A DNA stretch of 64,000 nt from contig OZ024747.1 in NCBI GenBank assembly GCA_964016885.1, forward strand, positions 26,474,001-26,538,000, in the 5' to 3' direction. Position numbers and translations under genes: made by a program. The DNA is from Eledone cirrhosa. Taxonomy: Eukaryota. The notes below the pieces were generated by a model. It saw only the letters and a program-made list of their open reading frames with translations. It searched no databases and had not been told where the DNA came from. Shown here piece after piece: positions 26,921 through 39,720 of the stretch; positions within the stretch are counted from its first letter, which is position 1, and each line of letters begins with the position of its first letter.

Positions 26921-27506
26921 TATTACTGAGGACCTATTTAGTTTTTATAGAGAATATTAGGAGGGAGGGGTGAAGTTGTTAGAAGAATAGTTGAAGGAGT
27001 GGTTTTTCGATAGCAGTGAGAATTCTTGGTGGCAGTGAGTAATTAGATTCCCATCTGTTGTTTTGACATTTTTTATAGAATATATTATTGGTTATTTTTC
27101 TAAATCTATAGAAGGATTAGAGATAGTGAAGATATGCGTGGTTGGTTTTGTGTTTGCACTTAATTAACATTCAGACTTAAATTTTTCTTTCAAGTGTACG
27201 TATCCTTTCACCCACGCATTCACACACAAATATATTTGCACACCTCTACAAAATACATATACACACAATTCACATATTCATACTTACATATATATACACA
27301 TGCATACACATATATATACACACATGTATTCATGTACATACATACGCGCTCATGTGTATACATTTTCATACTCAACTTATCTTTATATACACACGTATAG
27401 ACACACACATATATACATACGTACTCTAGTCCATGTGTACACACATACACATACATACACATCCATATACACATATATACATACACATATATACATACAT
27501 ATATAC

Positions 27507-27545
<39 letters not shown>

Positions 27546-27866
27546 CATACATACACAAACATACATATACACACATATACATATATATATATATATAAGC
27601 ACTTTAATACATGAATACACTTACATCTAACTATACACATCAAACATATATATATATTTACTTATTTATATACATTTTCACATATATATACATACTTATG
27701 GACGTTTTTAGACACATTCATTATCGCATATTTGTACCTATTCTCATCAGCATATCTTTTCATTATTAGTATGGTAATTTAAGGTTATTAATATATGTTG
27801 AGAAGAGATTGTTTTTATATTTTTCTAACTAGATTAAGGTTTATATAGTTGGGGGATGTCCCTCTT

Positions 27867-28613
27867 TTATGTAATATTCGGCTTGTAGTGGGAAAAAAGG
27901 GTTTTAGTTCTGTGACGGCAGAATAATGTTCGTTCAATTCTGTTATTCAGCAGTTTCTTCTTGTGTGTGATTATGTAATAAATCTCAAGATTACACAATT
28001 TGCAGAAATTTTGGCTCCTGGAAAAGCTTTGGGTTTTAGCTAATTTTTCCCATTTTAGGGCAAACTTTTGATCGCTATCCCTGAGCGTCCAAGCTTTTTC
28101 TGCTAGAGTTGTTACATTTCTTTGGCTCTGGTGTTTTATTGAGTAAGAATGCCTATACAATCGAGATTTAAACGATGTTGCCGTTGATCCCACGTAATAC
28201 CACTCGTTGCCTCCGGATTTAATGGTACACTTATAAATAATATTTTTTTCCAGGCAGTTATTGCCGAGGGGGCAGTTGTCAGGATAGGTGCAGTTACAGT
28301 TGTGTACGTTGGGTTTTCTCTGGAGTAGTATTGCGGACGAACTTAGGTGTGGTTTATTTATGTTCTGTAGTGTATTGTCTACTGTTTTTTTTGTGTTCTT
28401 TGTACTTAAGTTCTTAGTGTTTTCGTTTAACCTTCTAGTATTGATCTTTTTTATGTGTTGTTCAAGGTTTAACGCTGTAGAGTATGACAGTCTTATAGTG
28501 GTAGGGTTTAGGATTTTGTGGTATTTGTGTGATGTGGGAAAATGTCTTTTAATTATTTTAAAGAAGAGTACTGGTAAATTTGTACTAATGGAGCTATTGT
28601 ATTCGGGGTTATA
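27867..28613 (-). pseudogene. 5'-truncated tandem copy of the PLE2 ORF 3' end with an intact GIY-YIG frame
   Basis: Near-identical to 24279-25023 but with a T7 rather than T6 run, which keeps the frame open. Confidence 0.88.
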
Positions 28614-28665
28614 CACCCCTCCCTCCTAATATTCTCTATAAAAACTAAATAGGTCCTCAGTAATA

Positions 28666-28782
28666 TTATTCTGATGAAATGACAGTAAATAATAACATTG
28701 AAATATTGAATGTCTGCATAACTAAAAGTTTGTAGATAGCTGTTTTAGGTTATGTAACTGTTATAGAAACACGTGTCAATAA
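28666..28782 (+). ncRNA. Type I hammerhead ribozyme with extended stem II (PLE2, inverted copy 3)
   Basis: CTGATGA at 28671, GAAAC-ACGT-GTC at 28766-28777, stem I ttatt/aataa. Confidence 0.7.
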
Positions 28783-28932
28783 ATTCCTTTCAACTAAACT
28801 GTATCCATTCAAATCTTTCTATTTTTCTCCGGATTACTTTTGGAACTACAACTGGAACCGTCGAGCAAACTCTACGTGAGCTGATAATCTACTGTGTGTA
28901 ATATTTATATTACAACACAACGGAAAATACTG

Positions 28933-28968
<36 letters not shown>

Positions 28969-28994
28969 GAAATATATATACATTTCTGTGTGTG

Positions 28995-29053
<59 letters not shown>

Positions 29054-29334
29054 GAAATATATGGGCATTTCTCTGTTTGTCTGTCTGTCTGTCTGTCCTT
29101 CCCTAAAACTCAAATGTAGGTGCTACAGAAATATTACATTCCCCTTCCTTTCTCCACTTTGGTACTACCAAGAGAAACACTGTCGCTATAGAAACATTAC
29201 CTTCCCCTCTCCACTGACTTTGGTCACTGAGGCCGAGGGAATCGCTGGTTGCTATAGAGACACCTTGCACAAGCCAGAAGTAACCAGTTCGAGGCGGTTC
29301 TGACTTGACACCATGCCAAGGACCATTTGAAGAT

Positions 29335-29601
29335 ATATTTCCATCGTTATATCATAAGGTTTATGTATCATAACGTTTATATTTCCGTCACTAATCTCTT
29401 TTCTCCTTTTTCGTTTTAACATATATTTATTTCAAAGATTTCACCGTATAGATAACATATATATTTATACATGCATAAAAGACACACCGAGAGACGGTGA
29501 ACATGTTGTGCCGAAAACATTTCTCATCCAAATCTCAACAATATCAGTATATACACTAGATTTGCTAGCAGAAAACCGCCCACCGGGTGGTTTTCTGCTA
29601 G
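29335..29601 (+). mobile_element. Helitron-like 3' end, same family as 110-403
   Basis: Near-identical sequence and terminal hairpin + CTAG. Confidence 0.7.
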
Positions 29602-30785
29602 TCTATATATATAAAACTGAGGATGTCTGTCGGTGTGTGTGTGTTCGAATCCCTAAAACTCGAGAACCACCCAACCGACTATTTTCAAACTTTACACATG
29701 TAATACTTATGTTTCAGGGAGTGTTATGAGTAAAAATAAATTCAAATTGTCTATACCCTAATGCCCTAGGGACCACATTAGGCGATTTAGCGATCTCTCT
29801 CTATAATTCTTAGTCTTTCTCTTTTTAGATAGATACATACATATAAGGTCGCGCCCTTATAATATCTGTATCGATGTAATAGCTTCAGTTTTCTTACTTA
29901 CGTGCCTTTACGAGAACAAAAGTTACTATTTTACCGCTTAGTATTGTAGAGAAGCACCAAACCGACTGTTTTCAAACTTTACACATGTAATTCTTATGTT
30001 TCAGGGAGTGTTCTGAGCAAAAAAAAATTTCAAATTTTCAATGCCCTAGGGACCGCATTAGGCGATTTAGCGATCTCGCTCTATAATTCTTAGTCTTTCT
30101 CTTTTTAGATAGATACATACTTACAAAGTCGCGCCCTTATAATATCTGTCTGTATGTCTGGCTGTCTGCATTACGTCACTTCCCTGAGGATGTCTGTGTG
30201 TGTGTGTGTCTGTGAGTTTGAATCCCTAAATCTCGAGAAGTACCCAACCTATTTTTTTCAAACTTTACATGTGTATTACTTAGGTTTCAGGGAGTGTTAG
30301 GCACATAAAATTCAACTTCTTTTATCTCCTAGAGCCCGCATTAGGTGAAAAACTGCGTTTTTTTTACATTTTTAGAGGTTTTTTGAGGCGTTACGTCAGA
30401 CCGATTTCCTTGAAATTGTAACTATGTATTGGTCAGTCTCTTCTTCATACCGTAAGTAAAGAAAATCCAACTTTGTTATGGCCTAGGGCCCGCATTAGGT
30501 GAAAAACTTCATTTTTTCAGTTTCTTAGGGCTTTTTGGAGGCGTTACGTCTAGCGTTATGCACATAAAAAAAATTCATTTTCTTGATCCCATAGGGCCCG
30601 CATTAGGTGAAAACCTGCATTTTTCCTGCTTCATCGAGGAAAATCTTAAAGATTATCCAGCCATCAGAGTATTCGGTTTATTTTCTTTACATATTGTCCA
30701 GGCATGCAGTTTTTCCACGATTAGGTCTATTGGCGGCCCGCGTTCCAAAATACCTTATCCGTGCAACGCCGGGTACCACTGCTAG
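29602..30785 (+). mobile_element. Non-autonomous Helitron with internal tandem duplications
   Basis: 5' TCtatatatataaaactgaggatgtctgtc and 3' ccgtgcaacgccgggtaccactgCTAG|t. 29670-29870 is repeated at ~29958-30150. Confidence 0.8.
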
Positions 30786-31703
30786 TATTTCTATAAATTA
30801 TAGAAAGTTTCTTGCGTATTCATGAGTGTGTATGTATTGTATGTTTGTAGGGGGTTAGGTAAGTGTATGCATGTGTGTGTATGTATATATGTGTGGAGGA
30901 TATATAGAGATTATATAATCCGTGTGTGTGTGTGTGCATGGATGTGTGTGCGAGTGAGGAGAAGATATAGAGAGGATGTAGATGTGTGTATGAGGAGAAA
31001 TAAAGATAATCTATACATGGAGAAATGTGTGTGTATGCATGCGTGTGTTTGTGTGTGGAAGTAGATAACTGTGTGTATCTGTATGTTTGTGTATGTATGT
31101 GAAAATAATGCTGTCTACGTGTCTGTGTGTATATGAGGAGAGATGGACAGAATAAAGATGTATGTGTATGTGTATGTGTATGTGTGTATGTGAAAATAGG
31201 TGTATGTGTATGTATCCGTCTGCATGTGACGAGCAACGTGTGTGTGGTGTGTGGTGTCTGGTGTATGTGTGTATATGTGTGTGTGTGTGTGTGCCTGTGT
31301 GTCTATGTGTATGTGTTCCTGTTTGTGTGTGTTCCTGTTTGTGTATGTATGTGTGTGGAGAAGTATACTTGTTTGTGTTTGTGTGCGAAGAGAAATGTAT
31401 GTATGCAAGTATATGTGAGGAGTAATATATAAGTATTTATCTGTATGTGTGAAGGTATGTGTTTGCGTGCGTGTGTAAGAGAGAGGGTGATAAAGACGAA
31501 AATTGTAAAAGTCAAAGAAAATTGAGGTAAACATTAAGATGTAATTACAAAAACTGGCAAAGATACCAACATGGTGGTTGTGAGAACATCAGCCATCTTG
31601 ATTTTCTTATTTCATTTCTGAGGTATGTATGCTTGTACGTATGTATGTGTTATAGGTGGCGAATTGGCAGAGTCGCTAGAACGTTGGATAGAATGCTTTA
31701 TGG

Positions 31704-32043
31704 CAGGCGTGTGCAAGATATTCCATTGGCGGGCCACTTTTGAACATTGGAACAACTATTAGAGCCATTAATATCTATTAAGCACTATTCCAAAGATTCA
31801 CCACAACTTCTTTCCATAACATGAAACTGGGAAATAACCCTATAACACACATAACCTAATAACGCACATAACCCTATCAGTGAAGCCCTTTAGTATCGGT
31901 CAACTAACAGAAAATTGTATTACGGTCACGAAAAAAAATGTAAATAAGCCTAAAGGTAAAAATTAAAAACAGTCATCGCGGACCACTCTGACTGGTCTGG
32001 CTGGCCGGATTGCGGCCCGCAACCCGCCTGTTGCACGCCCCTG
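31704..32043. mobile_element. hAT (Charlie-like) MITE inserted in a SINE head
   Basis: Imperfect TIRs caggcgtgtgcaa / ttgcacgcccctg. Perfect 8-bp TSD ctttatgg at 31696-31703 and 32044-32051. Confidence 0.85.
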
Positions 32044-33210
32044 CTTTATGGTATTCCGGCTCTCTGCTCTCAGAGAAATAAGGAGATAAATAGGGGAGAT
32101 GTAAGAAGGAGATATAGAAGTAGAATCGACAATAGTATTGGACTCGTACTTTATTTATCGACATCGATAAAAGGCAAAGTTCACCTCGGTTTGATGTGAA
32201 CTTACATGTGAACTTAAGACGAATATCACCAAACATTCTATCAAACGCCGTTTAAACTCTGCCAATACGGTACCTATCACGTTTATATATAAATACATAA
32301 AATTGTTATATTATGTGTAAATCTTATGATTTATTGCGTGTGTTGTTTATTTAGCCTTTAAATTAAAATATAAGCCAAGATAGTGGTGTTGTTATTGATG
32401 TTGTTGATTATGGAGCAGGCTTCTAATTAAGGCAACCCAGTGTTGAATACTCCACTGACTTTTCAGTAATAGGTTTTCTCACCAACAGCTACACACTCCA
32501 TAGGACAATAGAGAGGAATACCAATACTACAATTACATTGGGCATTACAGCTAGTAATAATACAGAAACCATACATAAAATGTATTATGGAAATCAAATA
32601 CATGCTAACTATAAAATAACTGAACACGTTATTAAAATCTCATCAAATAAAACAATGCATTACAATAAATCTTATTCTAACATTAATATGTGATACAATG
32701 TCTTTTTATATGTATGTCTTATCTCTTAACTTATTTAAGACAATATAGCTGATGACATGACAGTGGCTTGTGTCAGAGAACAGATCCGTCGGTTTCCACG
32801 ATGAGTGTTCCTGTTGCTAGAACAATAGAACAGCGTGTTCATCTTGTTTTAGAGCGCTAGTGACTGAGCATTCCACAAACACGTATATCTTTAACGTGGT
32901 TCTCGGGGAGATTCGGCGTGACACTGTGTGTGACAAGGCTGACCCTTTGAATTACAGGTGCAGTCGATCTGACGGGCTTCCAAGCATTTTCCCTCTACCC
33001 AGGTTCCCTTACAAGGCATGAATCGAAATACTTGCCCAAGATGCTATGCAGTGGGATCGAACCCGGGACCACAAGCCAGATTGTGAAAAAGTTGACGTTT
33101 TAGGTATTATATATATTAAACCACGTAGAGCCCATTCCCCTCCAGGTGTGAACACAGTTTCTTCCTGAGAAAGAAGAGAAAGAGAGTGTGAAAGAAATAT
33201 AGAGGAAGAA

Positions 33211-33344
<134 letters not shown>

Positions 33345-33351
33345 TTATATT

Positions 33352-33416
<65 letters not shown>

Positions 33417-33424
<8 letters not shown>

Positions 33425-33455
33425 TGCCCCCTCGTTATCGAGTATGGCCATTGCA
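33417..33455 (-). mobile_element. RTE-type 3' terminal motif, probably the detached end of the 39721-43266 element
   Basis: gcaatggccatactcgataacgagggggcagccatcat(at)n matches the terminus of the RTE derivative at 15439-15472. Confidence 0.6.
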
Positions 33456-33479
33456 CAATTAAAAAAAAAAAAAAAAAAA

Positions 33480-33539
<60 letters not shown>

Positions 33540-33565
33540 AAAAAAAAAAAAAAAAAAGGGAAAAG

Positions 33566-33598
<33 letters not shown>

Positions 33599-33720
33599 TA
33601 TACACATATATATATATACACATATATATACACACACACATACATACACATACATACATATATACACACACACATACATACACATACACTCACACATATA
33701 TACACACATACTTTAATAAC

Positions 33721-33763
<43 letters not shown>

Positions 33764-33767
<4 letters not shown>

Positions 33768-35755
33768 AAGACCAAATCAAGGGTAATGATGTCACCAACT
33801 ATAGACCTATCACATGTCTGCCCGTAATGTGGAAACTGTTGACGAGCATTGTGTCTGAGGAAATCTACCATCACCTCCACACAAACAACTTGTTGCCGGA
33901 CGAACAGAAAGGATGCCGAAAGAAGTCACGTGGTACAAAGGACCAGTTGCTTATTGATAAGATGGTAATGGGGAATTGCAGGAGGAGACACACTGATCTT
34001 GCCATGGGATGGATAGACTACAGAAAGGCATTTGACATGGTGCCTCATTCCTGGATCACCAAAAGCCTGGAGATCTTCAGGGTGGCAGATAACATCAGAC
34101 AGTTGCTGGGCAGGAGTATGGGGTCCTGGGAGACAGAGTTGACATCAACTGGAGTATCCTTGGGAAGCGTGAAGATCAAGAGAGGTATCTTCCAGGGAGA
34201 TAGCCTGTCCCCTCTGTTGTTTGTCCTTGCCCTGATGCCCTTGACCATTATGCTGCGAAAAGTGAGAGCAGGATACAAGTTGGGAAGGGGAGAGCTTACC
34301 ATCAATCACCTCCTCTTCATGGACGACCTTAAGCTCTTCGGGAAAAGTGAGAAGGAGTTGGATGTGCTTGTTGACACTGTCCGTATTTTCAGCAGTGATA
34401 TATGTATGCAGTTTGGTATTGGTAAATGTGGAGTCATTGTGATGAGGAGGGGTAGGTTGAGCAGAAGTAACGGGATCCAGATACCAACAGGTGAGATGAT
34501 AAAGGAAATTGACTCTGAGGAAGGATACAAGTATTTGGGCGTTCTGGAGGCTGATGGCATAAAGAACAAAAAAATGAAGGAATTGTTAAGAACTGAATAC
34601 ATTCGGAGAGTAAGGAGCGTATTGAAGTCACATCTGAACAGCAGAAATGCCATAAGCGCAGTAAATTCCCGAGCTGTGTCTATTATTAGGTACAGTGCGG
34701 GAATTCTGAGATGGAATGTTGCTGAACAAAAAGAAATGGATAGGAAGACTAGGAAGCTATTGACTATCTACAACATGTTCCACAAGAGGAGTGATGTCGA
34801 TAGACTCTACCTAAGGAGATCTGAGGGTGGAAGAGGTCTTATCAGCATAGAGGACTGTGTTCAGATGGAGAAAAACAACCTATACAAATACGTGACCTAT
34901 AGTAAGGAGCCAATGCTCAGAGCTGTACTGAAGGAGGGGACAGTAGGCCAGGGGATACCCAAGGAGGAAATAACATCAAGGAGGAAGAGCAGCCTTAAGG
35001 GAAAATCCCTTCATAGTACCTTCTTTGAGAAAACTGAATTTAGAGATCCACAGACATGGAACTGGTTGAGAAGAGGAGACCTCAAAAAGGCTACAGAAGG
35101 AATGCTAATGGCTGCGCAGGAGCAGGCCCTCAAAACGAAGTGGTTGAAGCACCATATCTACAAGGAGGAGGCTAGCCCACTGTGCAGGATCTGTGGAGAG
35201 AGAGAGGAGACTGTGGCTCACATTGTGTCCGAGTGTAAACACCTAGCCCAGACCCACTATAAGGGCTGGAGACACGATGTGATGGGCAGGGTGATCCACT
35301 GGCACCTGTGCAAAGTAAACAATCTACCACATTCTGAGAAATGGTATGAGCATAGGCCAGAGGCGGTGATGGAGAACAATCAGGTGAAGGTGCTGTGGGA
35401 TTTTAGGATACAGACGGACAAAAAACTGGAACACAATAGACCTGACCTGGTGGTTGTGGACAAAGAAAAAAGATCGTGCCTGATTGTGGATGTGGCCTGC
35501 CCGTTCGACACGAGAGTGCAAGAGAAGGAGAGGGAGAAAATTAACCGATACCAGGACCTAAAGTGGGAGGTGAAAAGGATTTGGAACTGCCATGAAGTCA
35601 AAGTGATCCCGATTGTCATAGGCGCACTGGGGACTATCTCCAAAGGTTTCCAGGGATGGTTAAAGAAAATCGGCCCCTTCACGCTTTTTGGAACGCTTCA
35701 AAAGGCATGCTTGCTTGGAACGGCAAGAACCCTCCGATACGTCCTGAATATCTGA
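33764..35755 (+). pseudogene. 5'-truncated copy of the R4/Dong-type element (RT + CCHC + RLE); 3' UTR to ~35830
   Basis: The translation equals the last 663 aa of 36134-39526. It begins directly within (AAT)n. Confidence 0.93.
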
Positions 35756-35899
35756 GGCTGCAGGTAGTGGCTTGATATTCAATCCAACGGACTTTCCAGT
35801 TAACCAACATCAATGACTGAGATTCAAGGAATAACAACAACAATAATAATAATAATAATAATAATAATAGCAATAATAATAATAACGACAACAACAAAA

Positions 35900-38800
35900 A
35901 CTAAGTCGGACATTCGAATACTACATTACAATGAAACTTATGCTTATTCATTTTTGGGGCCCTTTCTGCCCGTGTGTTTGTTTGTTTATGTGTGTCCGTA
36001 TACAGCGTGGTGATAATGCCACACAAGGGCCAAGTGGGATGGCGGATCCACAGATGGCTATGTAAACATACATTCGCCAATCCTCGATAAGAGTGTTTAA
36101 ATATCGAACATAAACAGTTCGAATAACGGTGAAATGGAGACTAGAACGTCATGTGACAGACTCTCACCCAACAGGTGCCCCCTGGCTCAGCAGCAGGAAC
36201 CTGACTGTCAACGAAATACTGCTGATGTTGGAGGAAGAAGAAGAAGGAAAGGGGCCAGAACCAACTGGACGAAAGAATTGAATAGAACTGTTATGCAATG
36301 CTACCTGAAAAGTAACCCCAAGGAGAGGGGCTACAGGAGACGGATGCATAACATCTGGAACGAGATTGGTTTATTTAAATTAGATGAACAAAAATTGGCC
36401 GGGCAGGCTCGGGTAATAAGAACTAATGGGTGGATAAGCGAGCTGGAACTGGAGGAACTGAGCAGAGAGAATGGCTTGGAGATGGCGGGTGTAGTATGCC
36501 AGACAAGCGAGCCGGCGGGAAATGAAGGTGAGGAGGTCCTGAGAGCGGAGGAACCACCCGAAGCAGACAATGATCTGAATACTGAGATAAATAATACCTG
36601 GAACAGAGATACGGCCACTGAGGAGATGAATGCTGACGGGCTAGGACAAGATTCGGTTGACATCCTAAATTTAGTGGTAGATGAGTTGAACAATGATAGT
36701 GGGAGACCTATGAACCTAAGATTTGTAGACAGGAAAAAGTTAAAAGAAACAACAGCTAAGGTAAACAAAGTCATCCCATACCTTGAGGCGAGGAGTCTTC
36801 ACCAGTGCAACAATATCCTCAAAGCAACAGCAAATACGGTGAGGAAACTACTTGGTATAAAAGCGAGAGGAAACAACAGACAAGAAAGAGCAGAGCCGTG
36901 GTGGAAGAAGCGACTGAGTGGGCAAATCGGGGAAATGAGAAATGACATAGGAAAGCTTGAGTCACTACTGAATGGGACACTAAAAAACATAGGCACTAAA
37001 AATAGACTGGAAATAAAATACAAAACTAGGAGTAAAAAGCTAAATATTATCATAGAGGAATTGAAGCAACGCATTGTAGCAAAGAGTGCCAAAATCAGGC
37101 GATACGAGAACAGAGTCAGTCAGTATAAACAGAACCGCATGTTCGACAACAACCAGAAGATGCTGTTTGGACAGCTTGAGGGGAAAGAAAGAGGCACCGA
37201 CTTGATCCCTGGGGCGGAACAAGCTAAAACATTCTGGAGAGGAATATGGGAGCAGGATGTTAGACACAATGCCCAGGCAGGGTGGATTGAGACAGTACAG
37301 AGGGAGATCGGTGAGCAGGCACAGCAACAGACTGATTTGAGTATCACAGTTGAAACTCTTAAGGGGCAAGCCAAAAAACTAACCAACTGGAAATCACCAG
37401 GCCCAGATGGTGTGCAGGGGTATTGGATTAAACATTTAACATCCCTCCACCCGAAGCTGACGGCCATGTTCAATGACTGCTTGGTGTCGGGTGAGGTGCC
37501 AGAGTGGTTGACAAAAGGTACCACAGTTCTGATAATGAAAGACCAAATCAAGGGTAATGATGTCACCAACTATAGACCTATCACATGTCTGCCCGTAATG
37601 TGGAAACTGTTGACGAGCATTGTGTCTGAGGAAATCTACCATCACCTCCACACAAACAACTTGTTGCCGGACGAACAGAAAGGATGCCGAAAGAAGTCAC
37701 GTGGTACAAAGGACCAGTTGCTTATTGATAAGATGGTAATGGGGAATTGCAGGAGGAGACACACTGATCTTGCCATGGGATGGATAGACTACAGAAAGGC
37801 ATTTGACATGGTGCCTCATTCCTGGATCACCAAAAGCCTGGAGATCTTCAGGGTGGCAGATAACATCAGACAGTTGCTGGGCAGGAGTATGGGGTCCTGG
37901 GAGACAGAGTTGACATCAACTGGAGTATCCTTGGGAAGCGTGAAGATCAAGAGAGGTATCTTCCAGGGAGATAGCCTGTCCCCTCTGTTGTTTGTCCTTG
38001 CCCTGATGCCCTTGACCATTATGCTGCGAAAAGTGAGAGCAGGATACAAGTTGGGAAGGGGAGAGCTTACCATCAATCACCTCCTCTTCATGGACGACCT
38101 TAAGCTCTTCGGGAAAAGTGAGAAGGAGTTGGATGTGCTTGTTGACACTGTCCGTATTTTCAGCAGTGATATATGTATGCAGTTTGGTATTGGTAAATGT
38201 GGAGTCATTGTGATGAGGAGGGGTAGGTTGAGCAGAAGTAACGGGATCCAGATACCAACAGGTGAGATGATAAAGGAAATTGACTCTGAGGAAGGATACA
38301 AGTATTTGGGCGTTCTGGAGGCTGATGGCATAAAGAACAAAAAAATGAAGGAATTGTTAAGAACTGAATACATTCGGAGAGTAAGGAGCGTATTGAAGTC
38401 ACATCTGAACAGCAGAAATGCCATAAGCGCAGTAAATTCCCGAGCTGTGTCTATTATTAGGTACAGTGCGGGAATTCTGAGATGGAATGTTGCTGAACAA
38501 AAAGAAATGGATAGGAAGACTAGGAAGCTATTGACTATCTACAACATGTTCCACAAGAGGAGTGATGTCGATAGACTCTACCTAAGGAGATCTGAGGGTG
38601 GAAGAGGTCTTATCAGCATAGAGGACTGTGTTCAGATGGAGAAAAACAACCTATACAAATACGTGACCTATAGTAAGGAGCCAATGCTCAGAGCTGTACT
38701 GAAGGAGGGGACAGTAGGCCAGGGGATACCCAAGGAGGAAATAACATCAAGGAGGAAGAGCAGCCTTAAGGGAAAATCCCTTCATAGTACCTTCTTTGAG

Positions 38801-39630
38801 AAAACTGAATTTAGAGATCCACAGACATGGAACTGGTTGAGAAGAGGAGACCTCAAAAAGGCTACAGAAGGAATGCTAATGGCTGCGCAGGAGCAGGCCC
38901 TCAAAACGAAGTGGTTGAAGCACCATATCTACAAGGAGGAGGCTAGCCCACTGTGCAGGATCTGTGGAGAGAGAGAGGAGACTGTGGCTCACATTGTGTC
39001 CGAGTGTAAACACCTAGCCCAGACCCACTATAAGGGCTGGAGACACGATGTGATGGGCAGGGTGATCCACTGGCACCTGTGCAAAGTAAACAATCTACCA
39101 CATTCTGAGAAATGGTATGAGCATAGGCCAGAGGCGGTGATGGAGAACAATCAGGTGAAGGTGCTGTGGGATTTTAGGATACAGACGGACAAAAAACTGG
39201 AACACAATAGACCTGACCTGGTGGTTGTGGACAAAGAAAAAAGATCGTGCCTGATTGTGGATGTGGCCTGCCCGTTCGACACGAGAGTGCAAGAGAAGGA
39301 GAGGGAGAAAATTAACCGATACCAGGACCTAAAGTGGGAGGTGAAAAGGATTTGGAACTGCCATGAAGTCAAAGTGATCCCGATTGTCATAGGCGCACTG
39401 GGGACTATCTCCAAAGGTTTCCAGGGATGGTTAAAGAAAATCGGCCCCTTCACGCTTTTTGGAACGCTTCAAAAGGCATGCTTGCTTGGAACGGCAAGAA
39501 CCCTCCGATACGTCCTGAATATCTGAGGCTGCAGGTAGTGGCTTGATATTCAATCCAACGGACTTTCCAGTTAACCAACATCAATGACTGAGATTCAAGG
39601 AATAACAATAACGACAACAACAATAATAAT
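35900..39630 (+). mobile_element. Full-length R4/Dong-clade non-LTR retrotransposon flanked by (AAT/AAC)n
   Basis: ~230-nt 5' UTR, a single ORF, a ~75-nt 3' UTR identical to that of the upstream copy, and AAT-type repeats at both ends. Confidence 0.88.
36134..39526 (+). CDS. Intact 1130-aa RT with a restriction-like endonuclease (R4/Dong type)
   Basis: N-terminal RTNWTKELNRTVMQCY with no APE. Motifs [45 protein letters not shown]-x8-H-x4-C, RHD, PDLVV..IVDV and KINRY. Confidence 0.95.
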   Translation: METRTSCDRLSPNRCPLAQQQEPDCQRNTADVGGRRRRKGARTNWTKELNRTVMQCYLKSNPKERGYRRRMHNIWNEIGLFKLDEQKLAGQARVIRTNGWISELELEELSRENGLEMAGVVCQTSEPAGNEGEEVLRAEEPPEADNDLNTEINNTWNRDTATEEMNADGLGQDSVDILNLVVDELNNDSGRPMNLRFVDRKKLKETTAKVNKVIPYLEARSLHQCNNILKATANTVRKLLGIKARGNNRQERAEPWWKKRLSGQIGEMRNDIGKLESLLNGTLKNIGTKNRLEIKYKTRSKKLNIIIEELKQRIVAKSAKIRRYENRVSQYKQNRMFDNNQKMLFGQLEGKERGTDLIPGAEQAKTFWRGIWEQDVRHNAQAGWIETVQREIGEQAQQQTDLSITVETLKGQAKKLTNWKSPGPDGVQGYWIKHLTSLHPKLTAMFNDCLVSGEVPEWLTKGTTVLIMKDQIKGNDVTNYRPITCLPVMWKLLTSIVSEEIYHHLHTNNLLPDEQKGCRKKSRGTKDQLLIDKMVMGNCRRRHTDLAMGWIDYRKAFDMVPHSWITKSLEIFRVADNIRQLLGRSMGSWETELTSTGVSLGSVKIKRGIFQGDSLSPLLFVLALMPLTIMLRKVRAGYKLGRGELTINHLLFMDDLKLFGKSEKELDVLVDTVRIFSSDICMQFGIGKCGVIVMRRGRLSRSNGIQIPTGEMIKEIDSEEGYKYLGVLEADGIKNKKMKELLRTEYIRRVRSVLKSHLNSRNAISAVNSRAVSIIRYSAGILRWNVAEQKEMDRKTRKLLTIYNMFHKRSDVDRLYLRRSEGGRGLISIEDCVQMEKNNLYKYVTYSKEPMLRAVLKEGTVGQGIPKEEITSRRKSSLKGKSLHSTFFEKTEFRDPQTWNWLRRGDLKKATEGMLMAAQEQALKTKWLKHHIYKEEASPLCRICGEREETVAHIVSECKHLAQTHYKGWRHDVMGRVIHWHLCKVNNLPHSEKWYEHRPEAVMENNQVKVLWDFRIQTDKKLEHNRPDLVVVDKEKRSCLIVDVACPFDTRVQEKEREKINRYQDLKWEVKRIWNCHEVKVIPIVIGALGTISKGFQGWLKKIGPFTLFGTLQKACLLGTARTLRYVLNI

Positions 39631-39674
39631 ATACATATTCATATATATATACACACACACGCACGCACATAAGC

Positions 39675-39712
<38 letters not shown>

Positions 39713-39720
39713 GATAGCAA

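Larger units (their letters stand above)
23183..28934 (-). mobile_element. Penelope-like retroelement 2: full unit + partial tandem copy + inverted pseudo-LTR, in (TA)n
   Basis: 23183-25023 is duplicated at 26765-28613. 28614-28934 is the reverse complement of ~26650-26972. It contains an RT + GIY-YIG ORF. Confidence 0.93.

Noticed and set aside
35900-36133. HDV-like ribozyme in the Dong 5' UTR
   Set aside because: Local hairpins exist (ggccctt/aagggcc) but I could not assemble the nested double pseudoknot.
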